A DNA stretch of 64,000 nucleotides. Origin: Octopus sinensis. Taxonomy: Eukaryota. The position numbers and the translations under genes were made by a program. The DNA lies in assembly GCF_006345805.1 (NCBI RefSeq), contig NC_043011.1, positions 63,128,464-63,192,463 of the forward strand, written 5' to 3'. How positions within the stretch are numbered: position 1 is the stretch's first letter; each line of letters opens with the position of its first letter. The notes below the pieces were generated by a model that searched no databases, was not told the DNA's origin, and saw only the letters and a list, made by a program, of their open reading frames with translations. Below, in pieces: positions 14,128 to 41,616 of this stretch.

Positions 14128-14834
14128 ATATATATATGTATGTATATGTCTGCTTCCCGATAACGCTTAGCTAGTTCTTTGTCGGTACGTGTTCAATATT
14201 AAAATAGGCTTTGTGCATCAGTCATCGTATAAGTTGTGATGTGGCAAAATTACATTTACAGCAACAAAAAAAATCTGTTTATGCTTTTATCTGAGGAAAA
14301 AAAACACGAAACTACGTTGACGATCGCTTTACAGGGAACCCTTAGCGCTAACATCGTTACGTACTTATTTCCTGCATTATATGATCAAGGTTTTGGTTAT
14401 AAAAATGGATATTTATCATCTTGCCTTGCAGAGAACTGTTAGAACTCCTCTCATTTCAGATCAATCAATCAATTAATACCTTATTAATTGCTCATTTTTG
14501 TGTTCTTTCACTTTGTTACTTACGAGTAAATTAACTTGTTTCGAAGTTGAAGACGGAAAATTTCAATATATTTCTTCTCTTTTATATTCAGGAATTGCTT
14601 TGACAGAGTTTTGCACTGATACGGCGAAGTCATATTGCCGAGAGGCGAACGATAAATATCCCTATGCCCGGACTGATGAGGAATACTGCAAGTAAGAAGG
14701 ACATTATTTATGGTCTCCACTTCCTCTTCTCACACTTCCATCTGTTTTTCTACTTCCTCTTCTTTGCACTACTACTATTACTACTACTGCTGCTGCTGTT
14801 GCTACAGCACCTCCACTACTACTACTACTACAAA

Positions 14835-14885
<51 letters not shown>

Positions 14886-15551
14886 AATAGATTTATTGAA
14901 TTTCACGACGCTATTCGATATTTCCCGGATGTCTTTTTAGAAGTTACTTGTTGATATATAGTTGATCCTTATTAATTAAAATGACGCTAATGATATTTAG
15001 GTGACGCTACCAGTAAAATAATCGGTAAATGTTCTTGATATTGTTGCTTATTTGAATGAAATCTGAATTAGTATTTTTGATCCTGAGCAGAATATTCTAG
15101 ACAATAGTCATATTTTAGATAAACTTCATGTATAACACGCAAAAAATTCTCTAATAAAGGAAAAACTCCTGAATTGTTTTAAAGGATGAAATGCAATGTC
15201 GACCCCAGCGGAATTCAAACTCGGAACGTAGTGGCAGAAGAAACACCGCTTAGCATTTCGGACGGCTTTCTAATGATTCTTCCACATCGGCAACTGCATA
15301 ACACACAAAACTGACACTGATATCATTTGATCCCACACCGTAGTCAATATATGTGTGTGTGTGTGTCGTAAATTAAGTACCAGCTACGTACGGAATTCTT
15401 TTAGTAATATGAATGGACACACGCATGAACCCACGCACATATGTATAAATAATGAACGACATATAATATATATTACGGAGATGTACATGCGCAGGACGAG
15501 AACGAGAGAAAAAATATTGAAGATTGGGAGAAACATATTTGAAACGTGAAA

Positions 15552-15622
<71 letters not shown>

Positions 15623-15749
15623 CGAGACTGATAGAAAACGGCACGTGAGGGAAGGAGGGGGAGAAAAAGGTAATTATAGAAGGATTGGGGAAGAATCCAT
15701 ATGTACATAAGCTACATACATGCATACAAGTATATATATATACATACAA

Positions 15750-15784
<35 letters not shown>

Positions 15785-15907
15785 AGAAGAAAATGGAATG
15801 GATATAGTGACAATGGAAGAACTAGCACGCTAATAGACGGGAGCGACTTTGGATTTAATTATCCCTTGGAGGAACTAATGTCCTCTAGCTTGTAACCTAT
15901 ATATATA

Positions 15908-15982
<75 letters not shown>

Positions 15983-16278
15983 GTATATATAGAGGGCATT
16001 ATACATACATGCCAGAAGGCATTATACATACATGCCAAACGCTAAGAGGGACAATCAGTCATTTCTACCATTGGTAGAAATGACTGATTGTCCCTCTTAG
16101 CGTTTGGCATGTATGTATAATGCCTTCTGGCATGTATGTATAATGCCCTCTATATATAAATTAATATGTTCAATAAGAATTAATTATTTTCGAAATTTTT
16201 TCTCTTATGAGGTTTTTACGCTATCTACCTGACAATTTCTTGTTAAGTTTTCCTTATTAAGTAGTTGTCCTTAATTGC

Positions 16279-16314
<36 letters not shown>

Positions 16315-16585
16315 CATATATATATATTGGTAAAAACGTTAAGATAACAAAAGAATGAAATGGAACTCAACATTACGTAAATATAGGAAGTTATCCGTAA
16401 AATATTATGTGACAATTATTCGGTAGTCAAGATAAATCTCTGAGTTTGTATAACGGTCTTTTTACATAGGGTTTTTCAGATACCCAGATAACCGAAAAGA
16501 TGGTGCTGTGGATTTACACCTCGTTATCCGAAACTCAAAGTTTTTCTTGGCTACCGAGTAATTGTCACATATTATTTTACATGTG

Positions 16586-16666
<81 letters not shown>

Positions 16667-16845
16667 TACATGTTTGTATCTGTATATATAACTTTTCTCA
16701 AAGTTGCAAGAGCATGACAGAATTATCACGAAAGTACTTGGTTTCACGTTTCCTCCAGTATTCATTTACTTTGGTCCTCCACGTTCTATGACGTTTATGT
16801 GCTTACTGGAATAGTCATCTAACATTCAATCTATTTATCTCTTTG

Positions 16846-16936
<91 letters not shown>

Positions 16937-17532
16937 CTCCACAACACATACACAGACACATACACGCACACTCTCACACGCACACGCTCATAAACACAAA
17001 CAAATACACAGATACACACATGTCAGAAGGTAGCAAATCTATTCCGATGTTATTTTGTTTTTCAGTCGTGTGAGAATGTGGGTAAAGTGTTTCGTTGACA
17101 GATCCGAATATTGTTCTCTCGTGTTCAAGACAGTGATAAGTGTGATGTGCATCGGTAAGTTTTATGCTATTTTATATTTCGCAAATCCTTGTATTTGAAG
17201 ATATAATCTTTTTGCCTAACTTCAGATTTTTCTAAATTAAAATATAGCAACCTAGAGTTTGGAACAAACCCTCCTGCATTGGTACACTTATATACACATA
17301 ACTAACCGCTTAAATATACACCACAGACACATCTCTTACTTTACTGTATATTTATCATTTATTGTAGTAACGAAGTTCTCATCTTACTAATAATACACTA
17401 TGTCACTGCTATGCATTCTATACTTTTTTTATGATAGTGAATTATAATCGTCCATCCAAAACAGTTTTAGAATAACAGTAAGTAAAATACGTTGCATAAT
17501 TTCGATCCCACTTCTTTCTCTTTACAGATTGA
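8360..17532 (+). CDS. Secreted 6-Cys peptide precursor, copy 2 (79 aa): join 8360-8405, 14592-14691, 17066-17154, 17528-17532; [79 protein letters not shown]
   Basis: Same exon sizes (46/100/89/5) and splice sites as copy 1, no stops; AATAAA 17575-17580. Confidence 0.8.
10049..10167 (+). mobile_element. Short insertion in (TA)n, probably a PLE terminal remnant with only the 3' half of a hammerhead
   Basis: GAAACAATTGTA at 10057-10068 is GAAA plus a palindromic helix III plus GUA. There is no upstream CUGANGA; (TA)n sits there instead. Confidence 0.4.
10290..10506 (-). mobile_element. Young tRNA-derived SINE (U2-specific)
   Basis: Minus strand ggaggcgcaatggcctagtggttagg (A box), ggtttcgattccc (B box), tail gcatggccgcagtcaaatgactgaaacaag, then poly-A (T-run 10278-10289). 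Confidence 0.85.
10526..10687. repeat. ~160-bp fold-back palindrome at the LINE 3' end
   Basis: gagttgtagtgcatctgagcactgtacacaattatta is the reverse complement (1 mismatch) of taataattgtgtacagtgctcaggtgcactacaactc; (TAT)n-(TA)n-(ATA)n lies between. Confidence 0.9.
10631..14084 (-). mobile_element. CR1-clade LINE, 5'-truncated within ORF1, with (TAT)n tail
   Basis: ORF1 C-terminal part (VIAIGVPED...RLGRPGPKPRLIKLSF), APE endonuclease (LNARS, VTETW, GDFNHP, SDHAM) and RT (YRPVSLTS, QYGF, LDFAKAF, PQGSVLGP, YADD); inserted in an intron-1 (TA)n tract. Confidence 0.95.
10686..13471 (-). pseudogene. LINE ORF2 (APE endonuclease + reverse transcriptase), ~930 aa, split by one -1 frameshift near 12019-12022
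   Basis: ORFs 11954-13471 and 10686-12053 overlap; PLFK followed by GDRTSPVNYRP needs one extra A in an A-run. Confidence 0.9.
15984..16158. repeat. Perfect 175-bp palindrome (87-bp arms, 1-nt centre at 16071) heading a ~300-bp insertion in (TA)n (to ~16280)
   Basis: Arms checked base by base as exact reverse complements; each arm holds two ggcattatacatacatgcca repeats. Confidence 0.95.
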
Positions 17533-19119
17533 AATCATCTATTTTGTACCCACTTCGATGATCGGTTTCCAATCAATAAATAGGAATATAGATTTGACAC
17601 CGAAAAAATTTGAAAAGGAGAAAAAAGTTTTATGTAAATAAATGTATTTATGAGCATCGTGTCGTTTGGTTGTTTTTTCGTATTTGTAGATCATTGACCG
17701 AAGGATCTATATGCAAAACCAGATGATAAACAAGCTGTACTACACAATAGAAGGTGCCTTTATTTCTGCTCTTCCTACATGCAAGGAGATAGGCATACAT
17801 CCAGAAGGACAGGTGCCACTCGGCCCGTTCCTGTTTTCGTAATCAATTGTTCGGTGGGGAGAGGAATTGTGAGGAGAGGAAAGGCTGTTGTGGCCGATGA
17901 AGGACTACTACTACTACTACTACTACTGCTATTACTGCTATTACTGCAGCTGCTGCTACTATCTCTACTGCTTCTACTACTACTACTGCTGCTGCTGCTG
18001 CTGTTGCTACCATTGTTGTTGATGAGATTCCGAACTGACAGAATCGTAAGCACGCTGTTCAAAATGGCTGACGGAATTTTGTAACGTTTTTCGCTCTGAG
18101 TTCAAATTCTGACGAGTGCGACTTTGCCTTTCATTCTGTTCGCGTCAATAAAATAAGTCGATAAAATAAGTACCAGCCAAGCACTAGGGTAGATGGTATC
18201 CCCTCCCACGAAATAGCTGGCATTCACCCCAAAATTGAAGCCTGTATAATTATTATTATTATCAAATTTATTATTATTATTATTGATACTAGTAAGACAA
18301 ATGGTATTGCATAGTATTTTCGTTAACAGGAATGTAATCTTGAAGTGTGTTGCCACGTGTACTCCTATATCAAGAATTTTTCTCTGAACCATTCTACTTC
18401 TTCTTCGTCTTCTTCTTCTCCTTCTCCTTCAACTTCATCTTATTCTTTTCTCTCCCCCTCTCCTTCTTTCTCTTCTTCTTTCATCTACTTGTCCTTCTCT
18501 TTTTCTTCTTCTTCTCCCCACCCCATCTTTAGCTTTAAATATCATTGAGTCTAGATATTGTAGAAAGCAATGTATTAACGGCATTGTTAACACCAATGGC
18601 ATTTAGATGCGATTCTCCAACAATATTTCATTTAAATAATCGTCTTGTCTACGTTGCTGGATTTTCAATGCATATTAACAACGTAATATATATATAACAA
18701 AAGCGATATAAAACCTCATTTTGACGGTGGCAACACGAATCCATATACAATTTCCTCGAAGAAATGATGGTAGTTTCATGTGTGGCTTTTAAAAGTATCA
18801 GTATAAAAAAGAAATTTCAATTGTAACAAGCTTATTATAATGCGGCAATATTCCCGCATTGTAACGTTGCAGTTAATGTGGATTAACATAGATTTCTTTG
18901 TCGATTCAGTTCCATATATACACCATAATAATTAGAACATCCAAGAGATACCGATAAATGGTATAATATATGTCTTCAGATTATAATTTACAACGTCAAA
19001 TACTACAAATGTCATTCGTCTTTGTAGTTCAAGAACATCTGTTACACCAGAGTCCATCTTACGATTTCAAATAATAATTTAATTGGTTACTACCATACTA
19101 AACATTTTGTTCAAGGAAA

Positions 19120-24700
<5,581 letters not shown>

Positions 24701-25238
24701 AATCATCTATTTTGTACCCACTTCGATGATCGGTTTCCAATCAATAAATAGGAATATAAATTTGACACCTAAAAAATTTGAAAAGGAGAAAATATGTTTA
24801 CGTAAATAAATGTATTTATGCGCATCGTATCGTTTGGTTGTTTTTTCGTATTTGTAGATCATTGAACGAAGGATCTATAAGCAAAACCAGATGATAAACA
24901 AGCTGTACTACACAATAGAAGGTGCCTATATTTCTGCTCTTCCTACATGCAAGGAGATAGGCATACATCCATAAGGACAGATGCCACTCGGCTCGTTCCT
25001 GTTTTCGTAATCAATTGTTCGGTGGGGAGGGGAATGGCTGTTGTGGCCGATGAAGGACTACTACTACTACTACTACCACTACTACTGCTATTACTACAGC
25101 TGCTGCTACTATCACTACTACTACTAATGTTTTTGTTGCTACTACTACTACAGTTGCTTCTGCTGCTGCTGCTGGTACTACTACTAAAACTATTACTAAT
25201 TTTGCTGCTGCTACTGCTTCTACTACTACTACTACTCT

Positions 25239-25269
<31 letters not shown>

Positions 25270-25270
25270 G

Positions 25271-25302
<32 letters not shown>

Positions 25303-25340
25303 GTTGCTGCTGCTGCTGCCGCTACTGTTTCTACTACTCT

Positions 25341-25380
<40 letters not shown>

Positions 25381-26474
25381 AGCTGCTGTTGCTTTTACTG
25401 CTGCTGCTGTTGCTACCATTGTTGTTGATGAGTTTCCGAACTGACAGAATCGTAAGCACGCTGTTCAAAATGGCTGACGGCATTTTGTAACGTTTTACGT
25501 TCTGAGTTCAAATTCTGACGAGGTTGACTTTGCCTTTCATTCTGTTCGCGTCGATAAAATAAGTACCAGCCAAGAACTAGGGTCGATGGTATCCCCTCCC
25601 CCGAAATAGCTGGCATTCACCCCAAAATTGAAGCCTGTATAATTATTATTATTATCAAATTTATTATTATTATTATTGATACTAGTAAGACAAATGGTAT
25701 TGCATAGTATTTTCGTTAACAGGAATGTAATCTTGAAGTGTGTTGCCACGTGTACTCCTATATCAAGAATCTTTCTCTGAACCATTCTTCTTCTTCTTCT
25801 TCTCCTTTATCTTCATCTTCTTCTTTTCTCTCCTCCTCTCCTTCTTTCTCCTCTTCTTTTTTCTATTTGTCCTTCACCTCTTTTTCTTCTTCTTCTCACC
25901 CCCCCATCTTTGGCTTTTATTATCATTGAGTCTAGATATTGTAGAAAGAAATGTATTAACGGCATTGTTAACACCAAGAATATTTCATTTAAATAATCGT
26001 TTTGTCTACGTTGCTGGATATTCAATGCATATTAACAACGTAATATATATATAACAAAAGCGATATAAAACCTCATTTTGTCGGTGGCAACACGAATCCA
26101 TATACAATTTCCTCGAAGAAATGATGGTAGTTTCATGTGTAGCTTTTAAAAGTATCAGTATAAAAAAAATTTCAATTGAAACAAGCTTATTATAATGCGG
26201 CCATATTCCCGCATTGTAACGTTGCAGTTAATGTGGATTAAAATGGATTTCTTTGTCGATTAATTTCCATATATGCACCATAATAATTAGAACATCCAAG
26301 AGATACCAATAAATGGTATAATATATGTCTTCAGAATATAATTTACAACGTCAAATACTACAAATGTCATTCGTCTTTGTAGTTCAAGAACATCTGTTAC
26401 ACCAGAGTCCATCATACGATTTCAAATAATAATTTAATTGGTTACTACAATACTAAAAATTTAGTTCAAGGAAA

Positions 26475-33629
<7,155 letters not shown>

Positions 33630-35351
33630 AATCATCTATTTTGTACCCACTTCGATGATCGGTTTCCAATCAAAAATAGGAAATAGATTTGACACGGAAA
33701 AATTTGAAAAGGAGAAAAAAGGTTTATGTAAATAAAGTATTATGAGCATCGTATCGTTTGGTTGTCTTTTCGTATTTGTAGATCATTGAACGAAGGATCT
33801 ATAAGCAAAACCAGATGATAAACAAGCGTACTACACAATAGAAGGTGCCTTTATTCTGCTCTTCTACATGCAAGGAGATAGGCATACATCCATAAGGACA
33901 GGTGCCACTCGGCCCGTTCCTGTTTTCGTAATCAATTGTTCGGTGGGGAGAGGAATGGCTGTTGTGGCCGATGAAGGACTACTGCTACTACAGCGACCAT
34001 CCCGCCACCACTGCTACTACTAATATTACTGCAGCTGCTGCTACTATCACTAATACTACTAATGTTTTTGTTGCTACTACTACTACAGTTGCTTCTGCTG
34101 CTGCTGCTGGTACTACTACTACTACTACTACTACTACTAATGTTGCTGGTGCTGCTACTATTACTACTACTCTTACTACTACTACTACTTCTACTACTAC
34201 TACTACTACAGCTGCTGTTGCTTTTACTGCTGCTGCTGTTGCTACCATTGTTGTTGATGAGTTTCCGAACTGACAGAATTGTAAGCACACTGTTCAAAAT
34301 GGTTGACGGCATTATTTAACGTTTTACGCTCTGAGTTCAAATTCTGACCAGGTCGACTTTGCCTTTCATCCTGTTCGCGTCGATAAAATAAGTACCAGCA
34401 GAACACTAGGGTCGATGGAATCGACTCAACCCCTCCCCCGAAATAGCTGGCCTTCACCCAAAAATTGTAGCCTGTATTATTATTATTATTATTATTATTA
34501 TTGATACTAGTAAGAAAAATGGTATTGCATAGTATTTTCGTTAACAGGAATGTAATCTTGAAGTGTGTTGCCACGTGTACTCTTATATCAAGAATCTTTC
34601 TCTGAATCATTCGTTTTCTTCTTGTTCTTGTTCTTGTTCTTGTTCTTCTTGTTCTTGTTGTTCTTCTTCTTCTTGTTCTTCTTCTTCTTCTTCTTCTTCT
34701 CCTTCATCATCCTCTTCTTTCTCTTCTTCTTTCTTCTTTTTGTCCTTCTCCTCTTTTTCTTCTTCTTCTCACCCCACCATCTTTAGCTTTTATTATCATT
34801 GAGTCTAGAAATTGTAGAAAGCAATGTATTAACGGCATTGTTAACACCAAGAATATTTCATTTAAATAATCGTCTTGTCTACGTTGCTGGATATTCAATG
34901 CATATTAACAACGTAATATATATAACAAAAGCGATATAAAACCTCATTTTGTCGGTGGCAACACGAATCCATTTACAATTTCCTCGAAGAAATGTTGGTA
35001 GTTTCATGTGTAGCTTTTAAAAGTATCAGTATAAAAACATAAATTTCCATTGAAACAAACTTATTATAATAATGCGGCCATATTCCCGCATTGTAACGTG
35101 CAGTTAATGTGGATAACATATTTCTTTGTCGATTCAGTTCCATATATGCACCATAATAATTTAGAACATCCAAGAGATACCGATAAATGTATAATAGTAT
35201 ACTGTCTTCAGATTATAATTTACAACGTCACATACTACAACTGTCATTCGCCTTTGTAGTTCAAGAACATCTGTTACACCAGAGTCCATCTTACGATTTC
35301 ACATAATAATTTAATTGGTTACAACAACACTAAACGTTTAGTTCAAGAAGA

Positions 35352-35656
35352 ATGCCCAGGAAAGTTGTTTTCCTTATTTATATCATTTCTCGTTTCGGTA
35401 AGATACTTTGTGCTTTATGCACTTCCCTGTTCTAGATACCCGTGTTTGAGGAAGGAATATTTTCTATTCTAGCTATCCATCTATCTGTTCCCTGTCTGAA
35501 TATCTGCCAGTGTGTTAGTAACTAATCTCTCTGTTTCTCTACCAAACCAAACCACCTATATGTATGTACGTATGTATGTATGTATGTATGTATGTATGTA
35601 TGGTTATGATGTATGTATGTATGTAGTATGTATGTATGTATCTTATCTTTCTTCTA

Positions 35657-35687
<31 letters not shown>

Positions 35688-36743
35688 TCTCTATCTATCT
35701 CTCTATCTATCTTTTCTATCTATCTATCTATCTTTCTATCTATCTATCTATCTATCTTCTATCTTTCTTTCTATCTATCTAGCTAGCCTACAAAGCTAAC
35801 ACCTATTTTCTAGTATCTCCGTATATGCCCTCAGGACATCAACACTCCGCTGCTGTCTTTATACACATACATAAGCACATGTGAATAAATATAACTTCAT
35901 TAATTACTTTGACACTCAAATAACCCTAGCTGCTTCAGTGCGTCGCTATTGTCGACTACGAAGGACTTTGATAAATTTGAGATGAGTGCAGTGCTAAATT
36001 CTTAGGTATTTCAATGCTTAATACACCAAACTTCTCTCACGGATACGAACTCTGCATCACATCATATTATAGCTTTGGGAGCCCAAACCATGATGCTCGT
36101 CTACTCAATGCTCTCCTTTGTATACCTAGAATTTGTTTCGGAATCATTGACTGATTGGTACCATGAACATCGACTGTAGTTATGGTCTGAAACGCATATT
36201 ACACTTATTGATCTTGACATAGTCATTGCCCCAAAAATAGGGAAATTTGAGAATAGAGCGAGATTGACGATGTGTGAAGCAGATTACATACCGAAAGCAC
36301 AAGTCCTGTACTGGATGTTTCGCAAGTTTTACAGACGACAGGTGGGACATTTCAATTGCTGAGTGTATACAAGAAATACAAAAAGACCACTCGCAACATA
36401 CACGATGATGAGAAGACGACATAGTCAAACGATTTGGCCCCAGATGGGAAAGAAGGAGGATAAATCAAGAATCAATTAGAAGTGCATATTGATTAACGGT
36501 CGATAACAAAAGTCGATAGTCTGATTGGATCGTTGATATATGATGTACGTTCTTTCAATTGTTTCAGCCATTTGAGTGTGACCATGCTGAAGCACGACTT
36601 TTAATCGAGCAAATCGATGACAAGACTTATATTTTGTAAGCCTAGTACTTATTGTATCGGCCTCTTTAGCCGAACCGCTAATTCTACGGGGACGTAAACA
36701 CACCAGCGTCGTTTATCAAGCGGCGTTCGAGGAACAAACAAGC

Positions 36744-36784
<41 letters not shown>

Positions 36785-36888
36785 CATATTCCCATGAAAA
36801 CATCTGTCAAATAGAAGCATAATAGACCGGATATTGTTTGTAACAGAGGGGCAAAGGTATGTGTCTTCCTAATGTATAGCTACCCTGC

Positions 36889-36947
<59 letters not shown>

Positions 36948-37036
36948 CTGTGTCTATGTGTAGGTATGTGTGTGTGCAATGTATATTGTGTATATTGTGT
37001 ATATTTATATATATATATATATATATTATATATATC

Positions 37037-37067
<31 letters not shown>

Positions 37068-37170
37068 AACACATATATTTCAATTTTCTCTAACTCCTCA
37101 GATTTTTTGAATGCTGGACTACTGGTTTTAAATTGATATTAAAATAATATTAATTTGTCTCCCTCAATTT

Positions 37171-37243
<73 letters not shown>

Positions 37244-37256
37244 TATATTCATACAT

Positions 37257-37339
<83 letters not shown>

Positions 37340-38717
37340 ATATATGTATATGCTCTTCCCGATAACGCTTAGCTAGTTCTGTGTCGGTACGTGTTCAATA
37401 TTAAAATAGGCTTTGTGCATCAGTCATCGTATAAGTTGTGATGTGGCAAAATTACATTTACAGCAACAAAAAAAAGCTATTTATGCTTTTATCTGAGGAA
37501 AAAAAACGAAACTACGAAGACGATCGCTTTACAGGGAACCCTTAGCGCTAACATCGTTACGTACTTATTTCCTGCATTTTATGGTCAAGGTTTTGGTTTT
37601 AAAAATGGATATGTATGATCATGGCCTGCAGAGAACTGTTAGAACTCCTCTCAATTCAGATCAATCGTATCCCCAAAAGCGTTTACCTAATCTACGAATG
37701 AATACCTTTCTAATTGATCATTTTTGTTCTTTCGCTTTGTTAATTATGAGAAAAATAACTTGTTTCGAAGTTGAAGACGGAAAATTTCAATATATTTCTT
37801 CTCTTTTATATTCAGGAATTGCTTTGACAGAGTTTTGCACTGATACGGCGAAGTCATATTGCAGAAAGGCGAACAAAATGTATCCCTCTACCGAGACTGA
37901 TGAGGACTACTGCAAGTAAGAAGCTCATCTTTCGTGGTCTCCGCTTCCTCTTCTCACACTTCCATACCTTTTTCTTCTTCCTTTTCTTCGTACTACTACA
38001 AATACTACTACTACTACTACTACTACTAATACTACTACTACAACAATAGATTTATTGAAGTACACGACGCTATTCGATATTTGCCCGGATGTCTTTTTAG
38101 AAGTTTCATATTGATATATAGTTGATCCTTATTAATTAAAATGACGCTAATGATATTTAGGTGACGCTACCAGAAAAATCAATCGGTAAATGTTCTTGAT
38201 TATTGTTGCTTATCTGAATGAAATCTGAATTAGTATTTTTGATCATGAGCAGAATATTCTAGACAATAGTCATATTTTAGATAAACTTCATGTATAACAC
38301 GCAAAACTTTTCTAATGAAGGAAAAATTCCTGAAATGTTTTAAAGGATGAAATGCAATGTCGACCCCAGCGGAATTCAAACCCGGAAAGTAGTGGCAGAA
38401 GAAACACCGCTAAGCATTTCGGACGGCTTTCCAATGATTCTGCCACATCGCCGCCTGCATAACACACAAAACTGACACTGATATCATTTGATCCCACACC
38501 GTAGTCAATATGTGTGTGTGTGTGTGTGTCGTGAATTAAGTACCAGCTACGTAATGAATTCTTTTAGTAATATGAATGGACACACGCATGAACCCACGCA
38601 CATATGTATAAATAATGAACGATACATAATATATATTACGGAGATGTACATGCGCAGGACGAGAACGAGAGAAAAAATATTGAATATTGGGAGAAACATT
38701 TTTGAAACGTGAAAGAG

Positions 38718-38754
<37 letters not shown>

Positions 38755-38872
38755 TGAGAGAGCGAGACTGATAGAAAACGGCGCGTGAGGGAAGGAGGGA
38801 GAGAAAAAGGTATTTATGGAAGGATGGGGGGAAGACACTATATGTACATAAGCTATATACATGCATACATAG

Positions 38873-38924
<52 letters not shown>

Positions 38925-40966
38925 ATATTATATAGCTATATATATATAATATATTTTATAATATATATAAACGGCAGTTTATCTGTGTGTGTTTCTGTGT
39001 GGTCTGTCAGGTTGTACCCTCTCCCTGACCACGGCTTTCAACCGATTCTGATGAAACTTGACACACTCATAGCCCAACGTCATAATTCAAAATTAACGCA
39101 GCGAAAAATTTGAAAAGTTCTCCCAGTTCTGAAAAAAATCGATAAATTCGACATGGGGTCGAGAATCAGAAACACAAACCACAGACTGTCTAGGGGACGC
39201 AACTCGACCTTTTTTAACTCTCCAAAAAAAATTTACCATCATTTGTTTTCCATTTTTTGGCTATAACTCTCTAAAAATGATTTATAAAGTTATTTCCCTT
39301 TCAAACCTGAGCAACGCCGGGCGATACTGCTTGTATATATATATATAAGAGAAGAAAATGGAATGGATATAGTAACAATGGGAGACCTAGCACTCTAATA
39401 GACGGGTGCGACTTTGGATTTAATTATCCTTTGGAGGAACTAATGTCCTCTAGCTTGATACCTATATATATATCGCCCAATCTCACTCACCTCCCACATC
39501 ATTAAAGTGTTTGAAAGAGTGTTAAGATCAAGGATAGCTGACTTCCTGGAGACCCAGAAACTCCTAAATTCAAATCAGCATGACTTTCGCTGTGGCAGGG
39601 ACTGTCTAAGACAGCTCTTACACCACATTGAAGATCTACTCAAAGATTTGGGAACAGGTTCGAACTCTGACGTCATATATCTTGACTTCAGTAAAGCGTT
39701 CGACAGGGTAGACCATAACATCCTACTCTCAAAATTGGCAAATGTTGGAATCCGTGGAAAATTCTACACTGGATTCAGTATTTCCTGGCGAATAGAACAC
39801 AACATGTTGTAGTTGATGGAGTCCACTCAAACCCAGCAAAATTCACCAGCGGTGTTCCCCAGGGAACTGTTTTGGGTTCGCTACTCTTCATATTTTTCGT
39901 AAACGACCTTTTCAGTGTCGTACATCACAGCAAAGTGAAAATATTCGCTAATGACACTAAGCTCCAGCAAATCGTCAATTAAGAAGCAGACCGAACTCAA
40001 CTCCAGTCTGATCTATATGCTGTGAGTCAAGGGCAGACAGAAACAAAATGCAACTGAATGAGGAAAATTTGAGCTGATGCATTTTGGAAGAAATTCCTCC
40101 CTAAAACAACTACTAAACAACCATACTCTCTTCCTTCAGGGGAACCGCTCACAGCCTCTGACAATATCAGAGACCTGGGTGTAATTGTTGATGACGATCT
40201 CAGTTGGAGTGCACACATCAACAAGAGTCGATATAGCTCGTAGGATGAGTTCCTGGATCTTAAGAACTTTCCGGTCCAGAGAACAAGGTGTCATCATACC
40301 ACTTTTTTCCTCCTTGTACAGCCACACCTTGAATACTGCTGCCCACTGTGGTCTCCTCACACAAGACAAAACATCTCCAGAATTGAGTCACCCCAGAGGG
40401 CTCTCACTAAACAAATTGAAGGCATGGCTGCTCTCGATTATTGGGATCGCCTTAAAGCCTTGAAACTTTACTCCCTCCAGCGTCGCTGTGAGCGGTACAT
40501 CTTTTGTACGATGTGGAAAAATACCGCCAACTTGCCCAAACGACCTAAATTAGCTTCAAGTTTCATCCAAGACGTGGACCACGGGCAATACGTCCCCTGC
40601 CAAAATTCAAGTTCACAACATACATGTACACTGCAACATAATTTCTTTCCTCAACAGGCCCTGCCCTATTTAACATTGTCCCGAGGGAATCAAAGAGGAA
40701 AAGGATCCCATCAACTTCAAACAGAGTCTGGATAGATTCCTTCAAAGAATACCAGATAAGCCACCCATAATTGGATACATCTCACCCAACAAGAACTCAC
40801 TACTTGAACAAAACTGGATACAACTCACCCACAAGAACTCACTACTTGACAAAACTTGACTTAAACAGGATTCGAATAATCCTATCAGGTGGTGCTATTA
40901 AGTTAGACATGGCCTGGACCAATCTCTGGTCGAAACATATCTAAGTTTATCTAAGTTTATATATAT

Positions 40967-41001
<35 letters not shown>

Positions 41002-41356
41002 TATTGGTAAAAACGGTAAAGATAACAAAATAATGAAATAGAACTCAACATTACATAAATAGGAATTTTCCGTAAAATATTACGTGACAATTATTCGGTA
41101 GCGAAGATAAATCTCTGAGTTTGTATTACGGTCTTTTTTCATAATGTTTTTCTGATACCCAGATAACCGAAAAGATGGTGCTGTGGATTTACACCTCGTT
41201 ATCCGAAACTCAAAGTTTTTTCTTGGCTACCGAGTAATTGGCACATATTACTTTACATGTGTATTACTTTACACATAATACTTTACATATTACTTTACAA
41301 CACACACACACCACACACCACCACCAACCATATATATATATATATATATATATATC

Positions 41357-41416
<60 letters not shown>

Positions 41417-41577
41417 GTATGTATCTGTATATATACCTTCTCTTAAAGTTGCAATTATCACGAAAGTACTTTGGTTTCACGTTTCCGCTGGTATTCATTT
41501 ACTTTTGTCCTCCACGTTCTATGATGTTTATGTGCTTACTGGGATATTCATCTAACTATCAATCTATCTATCTCTTT

Positions 41578-41616
<39 letters not shown>

